Below, in pieces: positions 33,067 to 44,599 of a stretch of DNA of 44,599 nt. Origin of the DNA: Thelocarpon superellum (lineage: Eukaryota); the NCBI GenBank assembly GCA_026025795.1, contig JAPEUG010000109.1, positions 1-44,599 of the forward strand, in the 5' to 3' direction. Under the pieces are notes generated by a model, which was not told the origin of the DNA, did not search any database, and worked only from the letters and a program-made list of their open reading frames with translations. Within the stretch, counting starts at the first letter, position 1. Every line of letters starts with the position of its first letter. The position numbers were made by a program, and so were the translations under genes.

Positions 33067-36000
33067 GGCGAGCAGCTGCTGGGGGGGCCATGGGGCAATG
33101 CCACCACCGACCGACACCCTGGCTCCCCTCGGACCAGGGCCGGCAGCCACTCGATCATCCCAGCACACGCTGCGCTGCGGAACTCATATCGGCGGATATC
33201 ACCACTGAGCCACGAGCGTCATGCACGGCACTGTCCTCGACCGCCGGCACACCGCGCAGCGCGGCGCGCTCCGTCATGCTGCCACTGGCACCACCACTGC
33301 TGCTGCTGCTGCTACACGGTGTCGACGCCCGGTCGCATTCCTCCAATTCGTCACCTTCGTCCTCGTTGGGGCCCTCGCTCCTCCCCCACCCACCCACCCC
33401 GGTCGCCCCTCCCCCTCACCACCACCGCACAACCGCCCAACCCAAATAACCGACCTGCTCATGCCATGGCCCTCCCTCGAGGCTAGCATGGACGGAGTAG
33501 TGCACGCTGAAGTATAACGAACCACCTGTAACATAAAATTGACGGTCCACCCAGCCCTTCCCTGCGCATTGGCCGCATCTGGCGGGTCGATCCCTTGCTT
33601 AGAACTACTGGGCGACGGGGCGACAGGGAGGTGGTAATGGTAGTAGCGGGGGTAGCGGTGGTGGTCCTGGGGGAGGTGGTGGTGGACGTCTCGGCCGTGC
33701 TGACGGGCGGGTATCGCAGCGAAACGTCACCGACGCCCTGAAGAGCCGACCGGCACCAGCAGCAGCACGACAGGGACTGGAATTTGAGTCAAGCGGTCCG
33801 TCGTGTGCGCGAGCGCGCGGCGCCCGCCCGAAGCCCACTAACGCGTCGTCGCTCGGTAGCGGTCGGGCAAGGTGAGGTAGGGCAGGCCGGGTGCAGCAAA
33901 CTCGGCTCCCGTGGCGTCGCTGCAGCACACCGCGCTGATCCTGGCCCGGTCCCGCAGGGGGGGCTCGGTGGCTCTTGGATTCGCTCTCGCCATTTTTGCG
34001 CGCGCTCGCGCGTTGGCCCGACTAGTGCCCCTACCGAATAGCCTACCCACCTGGGCCACCACCACCGCCGCGACCAGCACCTGGGCACTTGCTCAACTGT
34101 GGTTCACGCTAGAACTAGCCCCCAGTCGCTCCGAGAAGGCGCTCCCCCACATCCTCACCCATACCCATGCCCACATGAGCTGCGAGCTGCACGCAGCGGT
34201 ACTCGTTGTCCTCGCGCTGGACAAGGCGGCCGATCCACTCTGCTGCCGACCAGCACTCTGGCCACGCTCGCCGCGCTCGGCTGCTGAACAACGCTGGCCG
34301 ATCCGCATCCTGACCAAGTGTCACAAATGCTAGCTCCGGCCATCCCAGCCTGCCACGGTCAGCCTGCCACCGCCGTCCCCCGGCTACGCCTGCTGCCACC
34401 TGTTTCCCCACCCCTCCTCTTTGGAACACCCTTCCACCCATCCCCCTTCCCCCCACCCCTGGCCTGCGTGCCCGCTTAGCTCCGTCACCCTCGCCCTTCT
34501 TCGATCTGCTCGTGCTCGTACCCATGCGAGCGGATGCCGATGCGCTGCCTATCCTCGTCGCTTGGCCCGGAGAAAAATCGAGATCGCGTACAATCGGCCG
34601 CGCCCAGGGTCGCGGCCGTCCGCTAACCAGAAAATCCACCACCCTCGCATCCTGCCGTCGTAGCCACCCTGCGGGCGCCGGCCGACAACGCAGCGCCTAC
34701 GCCTGCCCCGGAGCTCATCCGCCCGGACCACCCCCAATCCTTTCCAAGCCCTTCCATCCACACGCACCCGTCATCCGTCGACCTGGGGGTGACTAACGAC
34801 GCCGTCGCGCCGGCACAGACCTCTGTCGGAACAGCCGCTCCGGAAGGAGGCTCTGGGGGGGTGTGGGCGAAAACGAGATGGCGTTGACACCCTCTCCCAG
34901 TCGATCATGCCGGGGCGCATCGTCATGGCTCGCAGTGGCACCTCCTCTAGCATGATTCTAGCGTATCACCACCCTGCCACTCCCGCTTGCGCCCATTTCC
35001 CAACCGCCGGATCGATAGGTCAGATTGCACCAAGGCTCCCACGCCCCAACCCAGCTGGGGCTGCTCCCCAATCACTGGCGCCACTGCACCACGCGACGCC
35101 TGGGAACGCCCTCGAGCTAGGCTAAGGTACCGCTGCATTCACCGTGCGTGGAAGTAGGGAGCCACAAGTAACTTGCCGCGCCCGGCGCTCTGCTTGCCTC
35201 TGGCCGCCACCGGCCCCGTACCTGTCCGGTACATGAATGACAGTCATGATGAGTGGTTCCTCCGCCTGCTCTTTGGCGGCCTCTTTTTGATCGCGTGCCC
35301 TGCCTCGTCGTGATGGTACCGTCCGCGTCATGGGTGGTACCGGATACCGCGGCCATAGCGCCGCGTACCGCTCGCCTGTTTGCCCTCCCGGCACTCCTTG
35401 CCTCGAACGGCGGCGGTGTTTCATGCCCGAAGCAGGACCAGGACTCTCACCAACGCTGCAATGCACGCTCGGCTGATCCGCGCTCCATCCCTGCCTCCCA
35501 CTGCTGGGCCTCCCCCCTCTCCGTATGCATGACCGACGCCTGGACCAGCTGCCAATCCGACAGGCGATAAATTACAACGCAAACGATCCACGTTCGGGCG
35601 CTTGCAGCCTCCCCGACCGGTCACTTCCTGGAACGATCCTCCCGCTCCTTCGCTCCCTAAGCGAGCGCGCCGTCCGTCGCAGAGCACAATGGGAAGCCGA
35701 ACGTGATCGCTCAAGAACCTGGTCAGCGTTGGGACGGGTAAAGTATATCATCGGGGGTCGATCGCGTCGTCCCTCAGGCTCGGGCGGGCGACGCTCATGC
35801 ATCACCAGCCGAGGCGGCGGCGGCATCGTCGCCGGCTCCAGCGGCCCCCGGTTGACACCCTGACCGTGCGCCGGCCTCTCCGGCGCCGGCAGCGCGTCGA
35901 CATGACCAACGTGGAGCAAGTTTGCCCGGAGCCAAGCACGCTTAACCTGAAGATGATTCACCTGCGTGGCGGCGGTTCCATGTCACCGCGCCACCCGATG

Positions 36001-37462
36001 TCCGGGCGCGCCCACCTCGACGCCCGTTGTAACCCTCACACCTGCAGCCGACTCGTCCGGTCGACAGGCCAAGTGGCGCGGTCAAGTGTCAAAAGCTCGG
36101 TGGCCCACTACCCCGTGGGACTCCACCGGGCCCATGTCACATCTTCCGTCATGCCACGGCCGACCAGATGTTTCACCAGATCCTGGCCATGACTCGGCCG
36201 GGATGCGCTATGACCACCCTTTACGCTGAATTCCTTCCTTCTTCCGGCCTTAGCTCATCCTCCGCGTCCGACTGGGCCCGATGAATCTGAGTTGCCCTTG
36301 CGACGAAAACCGTGCATGGGCTTCACCTCGCTGACTACGAACGCTACCCCTGGCCCGCGGGCATGCCCATCCTTTGTACACTCCGAGCATAAGTATGCCG
36401 TCGTGGTACGGCAGCAAGATTTGCTCACCTGTCGGTTGGGTAATCGACCTGTCGTCGTGCAGAGGGGTGAAGTGTGACCATGGCGACCGGTCGCGCGCAT
36501 CACCAATATTACGGCCATCAAATGCCATCCGCCTACGAATTGGGCGTTGTACCGGAGTGCCGCGACATGGAGCTTCTCCCGATCTAAGGCTTGGAGGAGG
36601 TCTGGCTTGACGCAGGGACTGCAGACTAGATATCACACAGGACGAGGCCGCGGGGAACAGGATGGGACTATTGAGCACCAGGATGTACTGCTTATTCCCT
36701 GCGAGATGCAGCAAAAGAGGGTAAGAGGTTCGGCCTGATCATCGCGACTCGTCATTCGTCGTAGGAGGGGCTGCTTTGAAGGAGTCGTGAGGGCTTCCCC
36801 TCTCTGTGAGGGAACCCTCGCGATAGTCACAGCGGGTGGCGGGGTGTTCAGTAACTAGGTACAGGGGTGTTTCTGACTTGCTTCCCTACGATTGCATCCT
36901 TTCGCCACATAGACCCCCTCTTACAGTGCTCCGCAAAAGGACTCACCCCGCCAAAGTAGCCTCTCCTACCAACGTCCATTTCTCTGAGCATTGTCACTTG
37001 GCACTTGAAGGGGGTCTTGTGCGCGGCTGGTACCCTTTCATCACTTGGCGTCCCCACCAGCTCGATCATCTGGTAGCTTAAACGATGTTTTGAACTTGTC
37101 AACGCTCCTTGCCTCGACCTCCCAGAGAATCTCTTAGTTGAAATACAACGACCGCTAAGCATACCTGCAAGCAAAAGCCGATTCATTTGACTGTCTCAAC
37201 AAGTCAAGCGGTCGCAGAGGTACTACCAGCAGCTTTGCAAGGACGTTATCGGGCAGGGTCAACCCTGGCTTTCGCCGCCGCGCGCATCCATCACACTATC
37301 TACGTCCTCAAGTCAACCAAAGTGGCGTGGCTTCAGTTCCTACCATTCGCGGGCTTCCATAGTCGGGGCCTCTCATCATCTTCGACCTGATATAGCTTCA
37401 CACTTGCAAGCCAGCAACCGCTTTCTAGTGTCGCTGGCACCGTCCACCGCCAACGTCAAAAC

Positions 37463-38305
37463 ATGGAGAGCGCAGATCCCCCGTCTTCAACTCTGTCACT
37501 CTACCACGATGGCCCCCTACCATCTTTCACCGAGGAGCAGATCTGTGGAGCTCTCGATCTTCGACCAGCTCGTCCAAGCACAGTGCTCCAGATGACACCA
37601 ACGATGGTTTTGAAGGTCGAGTCGAGGTCAACGCCGAGGCCGAGGCATTACAGCTCATCACCCAACAGGCTCCGAGTGTACCTGTGCTTACTGTGCTCAA
37701 TGTCCATGAAGGCGAAGCTCCAAGGGGAGCCTCTGAGCCGCCACTGGCCTAGGGTATCACAAGAAGAGCGTGCACACATAGCAGCACAGTTGGCCTGTCA
37801 CGTACACAAGCAGCGCAAGATCTGTTGATCTTTCCTTGGCACAGGCAGTGGCGGCCTGTGCCCTGACAGTATCTTCAAACATCCGCATGGGCTTGCATTG
37901 TGCCAGAATGCATCATATGGCCCATATCAATCCCGTCGCGAAATTTGAGACAGCATGGTGCAGGCCTTGCGCAATTCGCGACCAGCTGGACAATGAGATT
38001 TGCTTGACAAAGAGACAGGCTGCAATTTGATCATGAAAAATAGCCTGGACGATGACGAAATGATCCTAACGCATGGTGATTTGCACATGGTAAACATCCT
38101 CGCCGAGAATGGCCTGGTGACAGGCATAGTGGATCCGGGAGAGGCTGGCTACAATCTCAACAAAAGAGAATGTGTCGAGGCCAAGATGCGCCATGGCCAA
38201 CCACTATGGGAAGAGGCCATCAATGGCGTCGTTCCGATTTTCCCAGCAAGATTGGATCTCTGGAAGTATGTGATCAGCGACAGGAGGGCATATTTTGGAA
38301 TCTGA
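37463..38305 (+). pseudogene. Degraded aminoglycoside-phosphotransferase (APH)/choline-kinase-like gene
   Basis: Brenner motif THGDLHMVNIL and GIVDPGEAG (DWE altered) in the 3' part; the conserved EAEALQLITQQAPSVPV block lies in a different frame (from ~37627); in-frame TGA stops at 37826, 37946 and 37994. Confidence 0.8.
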
Positions 38306-39155
38306 GAGCTACCTTGGGCAACCACCGTGAAATGTATCAGATCAAAACTCCTCCCATCACAAAGGTCTCCCATGATCGCCCTAGCGCCGCCGCCAAGCCT
38401 GATACAAGTTTCCCAACTAGACTTGCCCACATTTGAGAAGTGCCGGCTAGGACAAGCTCTTCCGCCTCAAGCCCCAACAGTAGTGAGTAGCAAAACACTG
38501 CTGTGGCTGACACACTGTGCAAATCGAAAGGGTGATTTGTAAAGGAAGACGCAACTGGCAACATATGCGCATGAACGATTATGGCGAATTCAAGTAGTTT
38601 TGGAAGGAGAGCCAGGGGTCGTGTTGCTCGTCCTTGCGCAAATGCAACAAGTTACATAAGGAAACGCATGAAGAATGCGCGCCTTTGCTGCCAATCCATG
38701 AAACCCACAGAGATTATGCATTTAGCCCCATGGCAACTACAGGCTTGTGGGCGTCAACATCGAAAAGACCAGGTGCCTTGAAAATTGCATGTCATGTGAT
38801 CCATTGGACGAGATCCTTCATAAGACTCCCAACTTCGCTGCAGCGTGCAGGATACCCGGCGCTTGGAGAGTCTCCTACACGTCGAGCCTCTTGCTGGTTG
38901 ACTGTCTATGCGTCAATTCAACGCCCTCATTTAGAATGCTCGACCTTCTATGCCTTCATGAAACAATGTACGAATACAGTATCCCGTGTTACCACAGATT
39001 GGAAGATAAGAGCCTCTGCTGCTCCCTCATTAACTCGGTTCTTTGCCATCGCACAGCAACAATTTCCTCTCCAGCTCCTAGACTTTCACCCCTCTCCCAT
39101 CTCAATCGCCTGTCTAGATTTGCCTCCGAGCGTGTCCCATCACTTCGCCAGCACA

Positions 39156-39859
39156 ATGATTAAATATCCCTAGGTCGCCTTGCTTGGTTTGGTTACAGCC
39201 CTGGCTCGGGCTACCAATGCCACGAACTTCTAGCCAAAGACTCAGCATGGCGGAAACAAGAGTATATACAACACCACTTACCGTGAATATACCCTTCCTC
39301 TCTCCCCTTACGACTTCCTCTCTCTCCCCCTATAAGTGTCGATTGGATGCTGAATCTATCTTCACCAGTGGCACTAGTCCAGCAATAACCCAATCCCAAT
39401 GCCGCCCCAGGTGAGGCAACCATTAGCGCTGTTCTGGTGGACAAAGTACCGGATGGTCAGACCGTGACATACGACAAGGCCTATCAGAGGATTACAGTCA
39501 ACACGCCTACCGACGGCCTTTATCATCTGGCTATCAACCTTACCTCCCCCTACTTCTCCAAAAAGGAGAACACCAAGGCCCAAGCCTTACAAGATGCACA
39601 GCAGGAACAGGAGATTCAGGCCGATCCCACCCACAATCCCGACCTGCAGCCGGTATATGGTGTCCAATACGATACGGATACCACGTGCCAATTCAATGGT
39701 GCCGACATGCTCTGGCCCACGCCGGCGGAAGCTGGTTCGGTGAGCGATCCATTTGACTCCTGTTCCTTTTTTCGTGTCCCAATCGTCTATGGTTGTCTTC
39801 CCGTTGGCAAGGCTAACCCAGACCTGACGGCAAAACAGCCTGTTCCCCAGAGGTTGTAA
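39156..39859 (+). pseudogene. Secreted-protein gene with three premature stops and one intron
   Basis: Reconstruction MIKYP*VALLGLVTALARATNATNF*PKTQHGGNKSIYNTTY[intron 39283-39368, GTGAAT...GCTGAA...CCAG]LALVQQ*PNPNAAPGEATISAVLVDKVPDG..., continuous with the 39437-39859 ORF; stops TAG 39171, TAG 39231, TAA 39386. Confidence 0.65.
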
Positions 39860-40775
39860 ACACCACTGCATCCCTGAAGTTTATCCCAACCCCGGACGAC
39901 GGTTTGGAGCATCGGAATGCGACCGCATCTACTTAGTTCGGGAGTCAATGTAACATTACAATCCCATCGCCAACCATCTCCATTGCCAACAGCAGTCCTG
40001 TGCAACTTGTTAAGTCTGACGGGACAAGCAGCGCAGCCAGTGAGGTGTTGCTGGCTGCCTAAAGTTACGGACAATGTGTCCATTAGAGAGCACAAATATC
40101 CACGAGGCCCCCCACCCCTGCCTCGGCCCGATGTCGCCGCTGTAGCTGTGTATGCTTTACCAGACACTCATTCGAATAAATTCCGTTCCATGCCTCGATT
40201 CATTAGCCCCAAGTGATTCTTGAAGATCAATGATTTTGGAGACGTGGTTAAACACGAGCAGTACAACGTATCTGCTATGACGAGGATGCGAGCTACGTAT
40301 GCCAACATGAAGTGACTATCCGTGGAAGAAAGATGCGGGGAAAGAAGAGCAGCTGCTTTGTATACTCGTAATCCCGTACAGGGGGTGCAGGACAGCGGGG
40401 CTCTGACGAGGATCCACTCCGCCAAATGAGTGCTTGTGATGGACTGACAGGCTATAACGGCGAGCAAAGGAAGGGAGTGATTGCCGCGTGAAACCCTTCT
40501 GTTGGCAGTAAGCAATGGAGATGGCGGAAGAGTTCGGCGGCGGCAACTAGGCCCGTGGATGACGGACCGGCACGAAATTGACCCCGTCGCAGTTCGGCAA
40601 ACGTCGTACGGCAGCCGGCGTGCGCCTTGACGCAGTCGTGACGCGCTGCTACAAATTTGGGACTGCATTTTCTCGCTTGAGTGAGGGCAAAAGTCAGCCC
40701 ACTTATGTCGTCTTGAGCGACCCTCCATCACCTCCACACCAATGCGTTGCAAGTGACCCATCAACGTTCGCCGCA

Positions 40776-42244
40776 ATGTCTCATGTAAGTCATTTGGTTC
40801 TGGAACTATCATGATATATGCTGATGGTGATTAACTGACAGAGAAAATTTGTAAGTCGGATTGGCCGTCACAATTGCAAAGAAAATGGCGCCGAGCGTAC
40901 CCCGCGGAGCATGCTCAGAACACTTCCTTCACGGACTCCATCACTGATCACATCATGCTTGCAGGAGGCACCCCGCCATGGGTCCCTGGCATTTCTGCCG
41001 CGGAAGCGTGCGTCCCGTCACCGAGGTAAGGTGAAGAGGTTAGTGGTATTCCGACGATTGCCCCGCTATGCGACAAGCTCATGTATTCCCCTTCATAGCT
41101 TTCCCAAGGACGATCCCAAGAAGCCGGTGCACCTCACCGCGGCCATGGGCTACAAGGCCGGCATGACGACAATCGTCCGTGACTTGGATCGACCGGGTGC
41201 CAAGATGAATAAGAAGGAGATTGTCGAGGCCGTGACGGTGATTGAGACGCCCCCGATGATCGTGGTCGGGCTAGTTGGATACATCGAGACGCCGCGGGGC
41301 CTGCGATCGCTCACCACGGTCTGGGCCGAGCATCTTAGCGACGAGGTGAAGCGCCGCTTTTACAAGAATTGGTACAAGAGCAAGAAGAAGGCCTTCACCC
41401 GCTACGCCAAGAAGCACTCGGAGAACTCGGGCGCTACCATCACGCGCGAGCTCGAGCGCATCAAGAAGTACTGCACGGTCATCCGTGTCCTCGCTCATAC
41501 TCAAATCCGCCAGACGCCGCTCAAGCAGAAGAAGGCGCATTTGATGGAGATCCAGGTCAACGGCGGCAGCATCGCGGACAAGGTTGCCTTCGCCCACGGC
41601 CTGTTCGAGAAACCCGTGGAGATCAGCAGCATCTTCGAGCAGGACGAGATGATCGACTGCATCGCCGTCACCAAGGGCCATGGCTTCCAGGGTGTGACGA
41701 GCCGCTGGGGCACCAAGAAGCTTCCCCGCAAGACGCACAAGGGTCTCCGCAAGGTCGCCTGTATCGGCGCGTGGCATCCTTCGCACGTGCAGTGGACTGT
41801 GGCTCGCGCGGGTCAAGACGGATATCACCATCGGACCTCGACCAACCACAAGGTCTACCGGATTGGCAAGGGCGACGACGAGAGCAATGCGTCGACCGAG
41901 TTTGACATCTCCAACAAGAAGCAAATCACTCCGTAAGATCACCTTCCCAGCAGTGGAGCTCACCTGGATCAGGCTTAACATCCTTTAGGCTCGGTGGCTT
42001 CGTGCGATACGGCGAGGTCAAGAACGACTTTGTCCTTCTCAAGGGCGGCGTTCCGGGAGTCAAGAAGCGCATCATGACGCTCCGAAAGTCGCTGTTCACG
42101 CATACGAGTCGCAAGGCTCTGGAGAAGGTGGAGCTCAAGTGGATCGATACGTCGTCCAAGTTCGGACACGGCGCGTACCAGACCGTGGCGGAGAAGCGAC
42201 AGTTCCTGGGCACGCTCAAGAAGGACCTGGCTACCGCTGCGTGA
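40776..42244 (+). CDS. rpl3: 60S ribosomal protein L3 (uL3), 393 aa, 5 exons including two 9-nt coding segments
   Basis: Exons 40776-40784 (MSH), 40842-40850 (RKF), 40965-41038, 41099-41932, 41989-42244 (1182 nt). [49 protein letters not shown]. Confidence 0.98.
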
Positions 42245-42527
42245 TATTGCTCCCTTCCTCCTATTCTGCTGTGGTAGCCAATGCGACAAGATCATTCTCG
42301 TGGGTCATGTTCGAACTCTCGGGTTTCGGTCGTAGAATCCATGACGAACGAGGCGGAAGATTCAACCCTCAAATAATGATGACCTAAGAAGGATTTGTTG
42401 CAGCATTAGCGAAGTCAAAATTGTAAAGCCGGAATATCGTGAAGCCTACGTCCATCTCGGCCTAAGATCACGCACGCGCAGTTAAGAACCCAGAGACTAG
42501 ACGCTCGCCGACACATCCACTACCACG

Positions 42528-43107
42528 ATGTCTTCGGACGCGGACTATGCCTCGTTCCTCGACCAAGTGGATCAAGATCCAGCAGGCAACAAGGCAACGG
42601 CATCAGCCACGTCATCCCGCCGTGCTACGACCAAGGCCGTCAATACTGCTGTGCCCGCATCTCTCCAAGAGTACGATGGAGTCTATGCTTCGGATGCGGA
42701 TGAACCTTTCGAGCCCGTCAGTCTAGAATGGAACAAGGAGTCGTGGCCCTCGGAGGGTATGGGTCTCCTTTTGCCTGCAGAATGATGCTCTCTCGACTTG
42801 GTCAAGGACCTGGGACATCCCTTCTGGGATCGAGCTGCGCTGACTTGGTGTACATGGACTGGTAGATGAATTCAAACACCTCATCGCATATCAAGGCACG
42901 GTGATCCGAGTCAGCGTCGCTGAATGGGACGGGCGCGGACAATACAAGGATGCCATTGACGCCATTACGAACGCTGCGAAAGGCACCGGAAGGCCTCAGG
43001 TCTTCCGCGTCGAGCATGATCAAACCCGCCTGGAATACTACGTCGTCGCACTAGATAAACCGAACGCGCGCCTCGTGGGTCTCAGAGCCAAGGCCGTCGA
43101 GAGCTGA
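42528..43107 (+). CDS. Small conserved hypothetical fungal protein, 156 aa, 2 exons
   Basis: Exons 42528-42756 and 42866-43107 (471 nt), intron GTATGG...GCTGAC...TAG; familiar fungal pattern SDADYASFLD...YASDADEPFEPVSL...VFRVEHDQTRLEYYVV...LVGLRAKAVES. Confidence 0.85.
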
Positions 43108-44599
43108 TAGTCGACATGGCGATGATGGCCGCAAACATATATCCTCTGGCGTCATGGACGGACCAGATCCGCAAGACAACGGGATCAATGTAGGAGAATT
43201 TCAGATTCCTCGGCACTTAATCATTGACTCTGTTAATCGTTGTCTACGAGCTTAGCAGGAGCATTGAAGAAAAGGCTTCAACGGTCAATCCTCAGATTGC
43301 GGGCGCTTCCTTGCCGTGGAAGCATTTTGCATTTGAACGTGCTCCTTAGTGAATTCGAATGCTGCAAGCTTAGCATGATGTCGTCCGTAAATGTGCATTT
43401 ACATTGTCTTAGCTCTCTCCCGTAGTTTCTCTCCATCGCTGATCAAGATGGTACCGACATGCTGCGCATCAAATGGCAGCATTGAGGGAGCATTACGGCT
43501 ACGTCTCGAAGATTCGCTAAGCCCAGGGCGCTGGGTTTCCTCCACGGACTGCTCGAATGAGTAGAAACGAGTCCTTGTATGCAGGCGGGGTCAAGACGCA
43601 CCACGATAAGAACTGCGACAAGAGCATGTCAACTTGGGCGCGAGCGATCGACATCAGCAGATCAGCGCGCGTGGCGAGACCTATCTTGTCGGGAGGGGTA
43701 AGAGGATGTGTTGGCCGCCGTTATCAGACCCGGCCCCACCGCGCTGCCGTGCGCGCCTGGCGGCGGCTGGGGCCCTAGTGGTCCAGCCAAATTCCAGGCA
43801 ATTCGGGACCCAATAATGGCGCTTCCCACCTGTCCTGACCCCTCTCGGACGCCGGCCATCAGACCACAACGCAAGGCGGCCTCGCCGACGAGCTGAAGAG
43901 AGTGTCTAGCGATCTTGCAACGGTCCATAGAAGTCACTTGAACGCATCTTCGCCTTCGCACGCCCGGTGGCGCCGGCGACGGCTATTAATAGGGTAGGCC
44001 AATGACGGAGGAGGCCCTATTGGTAGCGAACAATGATGGCGATTTTAGCACTGCCACAGCCGACGAGGGCGCAGGTCATCTCTTTTGCCTTTCGGTGACA
44101 TGGGAGTCGCGCCGGCACGAGTACCACCAGGACTCGGACCCGGCCTCAGACTCCCTCGTACGCCGTACTCGTCACGCTTCGCCACCCGACCGGCAGCGGC
44201 GCTGCCGGGGCTCGGCCACGTGACCTCGGCTCCCGCCGTCTCAGGGGATGTGCAGCATGCGCGCCGGTCGATTCTGGCTCACTAAAGCAGCCGGGACCTG
44301 CCGCTTCAGATTACGTGAAGCCATGGCCAGATGCGCCGGGTAGGGTTCTCGACCAGCCACGGATCGGGCTTTGTCGGGGTGCCGCCGTCCACGCCGCAGC
44401 GTGCTGGGTGGGCGCGGAGATGGAGGTGGAATCCCACGGGCTCTTCCGACTCCTGCGACGCTGCATGCGCTACGACTTGTAGGAGGGCGGTAGGAGGGTT
44501 CGGTTAGATTATCTACGGCCGGGAGAAGGGCGGCCCTCGATCGGGAGGACGAGTCCGAAGAGGACTTGGGCTCCCTCCATTTCCTCACGTATGCCACTG

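Noticed and set aside
41271..41981. 236-aa minus-strand ORF
   Set aside because: Antisense to rpl3
44241..44597. Minus-strand ORF at the window edge
   Set aside because: Low-complexity Arg/Ser/Pro content and truncated context; cannot tell a gene end from non-coding DNA
1..44599. tRNA, rRNA, CRISPR arrays, intact transposons
   Set aside because: No cloverleaf, rRNA-like sequence, repeat-spacer array, transposase/RT motifs, LTRs or terminal inverted repeats were recognised by eye

Overview
Eukaryotic, intron-rich, GC-rich DNA from a filamentous ascomycete (short GT-AG introns with CTRAC/CTAAC-type branch sites; fungal gene set). Gene order: small secreted repeat protein (+), Mug190/tricalbin-like SMP-C2 lipid-transfer protein (-), acetyl-CoA synthetase (+), fungal ADAM metalloprotease (+), a 661-aa protein of unknown function (-) divergently paired with a GliC-type cytochrome P450 (+), an orphan secreted glycoprotein (+), a monocarboxylate-porter MFS transporter (-), a secreted probable beta-helix protein (-), the TPR corepressor Ssn6/Cyc8 (-) with about 4.5 kb of gene-free upstream DNA, two decayed genes (APH-like phosphotransferase and a secreted protein), ribosomal protein L3 (+) and a small conserved fungal protein (+). 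All spliced models were assembled by hand and give whole-codon totals. The best candidate for an undescribed system is the divergent unknown-gene/P450 pair (14370-19729), possibly with the MFS transporter: a small biosynthetic locus with no NRPS, PKS, terpene cyclase or isocyanide synthase in the window. No database searches were run; family assignments rest on recognised motifs.
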